From: Acidimicrobiia bacterium
Lineage (GTDB): Bacteria > Actinomycetota > Acidimicrobiia > UBA2766
DNA: 64,000 nucleotides
Reading direction: 5' to 3'
Assembly: GCA_046331095.1 (NCBI GenBank)
Contig: JAXLRM010000004.1
Coordinates: forward strand, 68,316-132,315
The stretch's first letter is position 1, and each line of letters opens with the position of its first letter. Under the pieces are notes generated by a model, which had not been told where the DNA came from, did not search any database, and was given only the letters and a program-made list of their open reading frames with translations. Positions 63,476 to 64,000 of this stretch are shown piece by piece. Both the position numbers and the translations under genes were made by a program.

Positions 63476-64000
63476 ATGACGAATGTCAGTTCGATCCGCC
63501 GGATGAGCGTCATCAGCACCGGCACCGTGCAGGTCCGGCCGGATCACGTTGCCGCCACGTGGAAGCCGATGATGTTGTGGATGGCCACCTCCCGGAAGTG
63601 GACCGCGCCGCTTCCCATCAACGCCTTCGTCATCGAGCATCGTGACGGGCTGGTGCTCTTCGACACCGGCCAGGACCGCGCTTCGGTGACCGATCCCGAC
63701 CACTACTTCCCCGGTGGGCTCACGGGCGCGATGTACCGCCGGACGGCGAGAGCGGACATCCCCGAGGACCAGACGCTCGTGGCGGGCCTGGAGCGGCTCG
63801 GTTACGCACCCGCGGACGTGACCGCGGTCGTCGTGTCCCACCTGCACCAGGATCACATCGGCGGGCTGGCCCAAGTCCCGGGTGCGACCATTCATGTCAG
63901 CGCACGTGAATGGGAAACCCTCGACGAGCGCGGCGCCCTCCTCAAGGGGCTGATGCGCCGCCACATCGACCTCCCCGGACTGACCTGGAACAAGATCACT
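63476..64000 (+). CDS. MBL-fold metallo-hydrolase (N-acyl-homoserine-lactonase-like), 5' part, runs off the right edge
   Basis: ATG 63476 after AAGAGGGGG. Open to the window end (175 codons). Motifs FVIEHRDGLVLFDTG and VVVSHLHQDHIGG (HxHxDH). Absent from the ORF track because it has no stop in the window. Confidence 0.85.
   Translation, partial: MTNVSSIRRMSVISTGTVQVRPDHVAATWKPMMLWMATSRKWTAPLPINAFVIEHRDGLVLFDTGQDRASVTDPDHYFPGGLTGAMYRRTARADIPEDQTLVAGLERLGYAPADVTAVVVSHLHQDHIGGLAQVPGATIHVSAREWETLDERGALLKGLMRRHIDLPGLTWNKIT

Overview
High-GC (about 70% by hand counts on sample lines), densely coding Actinomycetota-style chromosome segment, judged from a mycothiol/LMW-PTP-type ArsC, a PPOX/F420-type gene, a SARP regulator, DUF2510 and MazEF. 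I can support about 57 protein-coding genes or gene remnants. I saw no rRNA, tRNA, CRISPR array, transposase or integrase. The dominant feature is one 12.7-kb minus-strand gene (11375-24121) for a 4,248-aa signal-peptide protein: four beta-helix-like modules, two Calx-beta domains and about 2,570 residues I cannot assign. It is transcribed divergently from a 1,163-aa SARP/P-loop/TPR regulator. The rest is accessory-looking: an arsenic island (arsC, arsR, arsI/cadI-like, acr3), a CsoR-controlled copper operon (copZ, copA, csoR), mazEF, a class-II UvrA paralogue, PPK2, SulP and a small-protein stress cluster. Decay and rearrangement marks are frequent. They include interleaved duplicated gene 3' ends (MFS tail, uvrA2 tail), one chimeric ORF, four gene fragments (VOC, Phd/YefM, beta-glucuronidase, CMD) and one frameshifted PPOX gene. 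There is also a low-GC islet, a dispersed palindromic repeat family bracketing a phosphotransferase gene, and two non-coding 30-bp tandem arrays. Most long ORFs in the six-frame track are high-GC shadow frames and were rejected. All family calls come from motif recognition by eye, not database searches.
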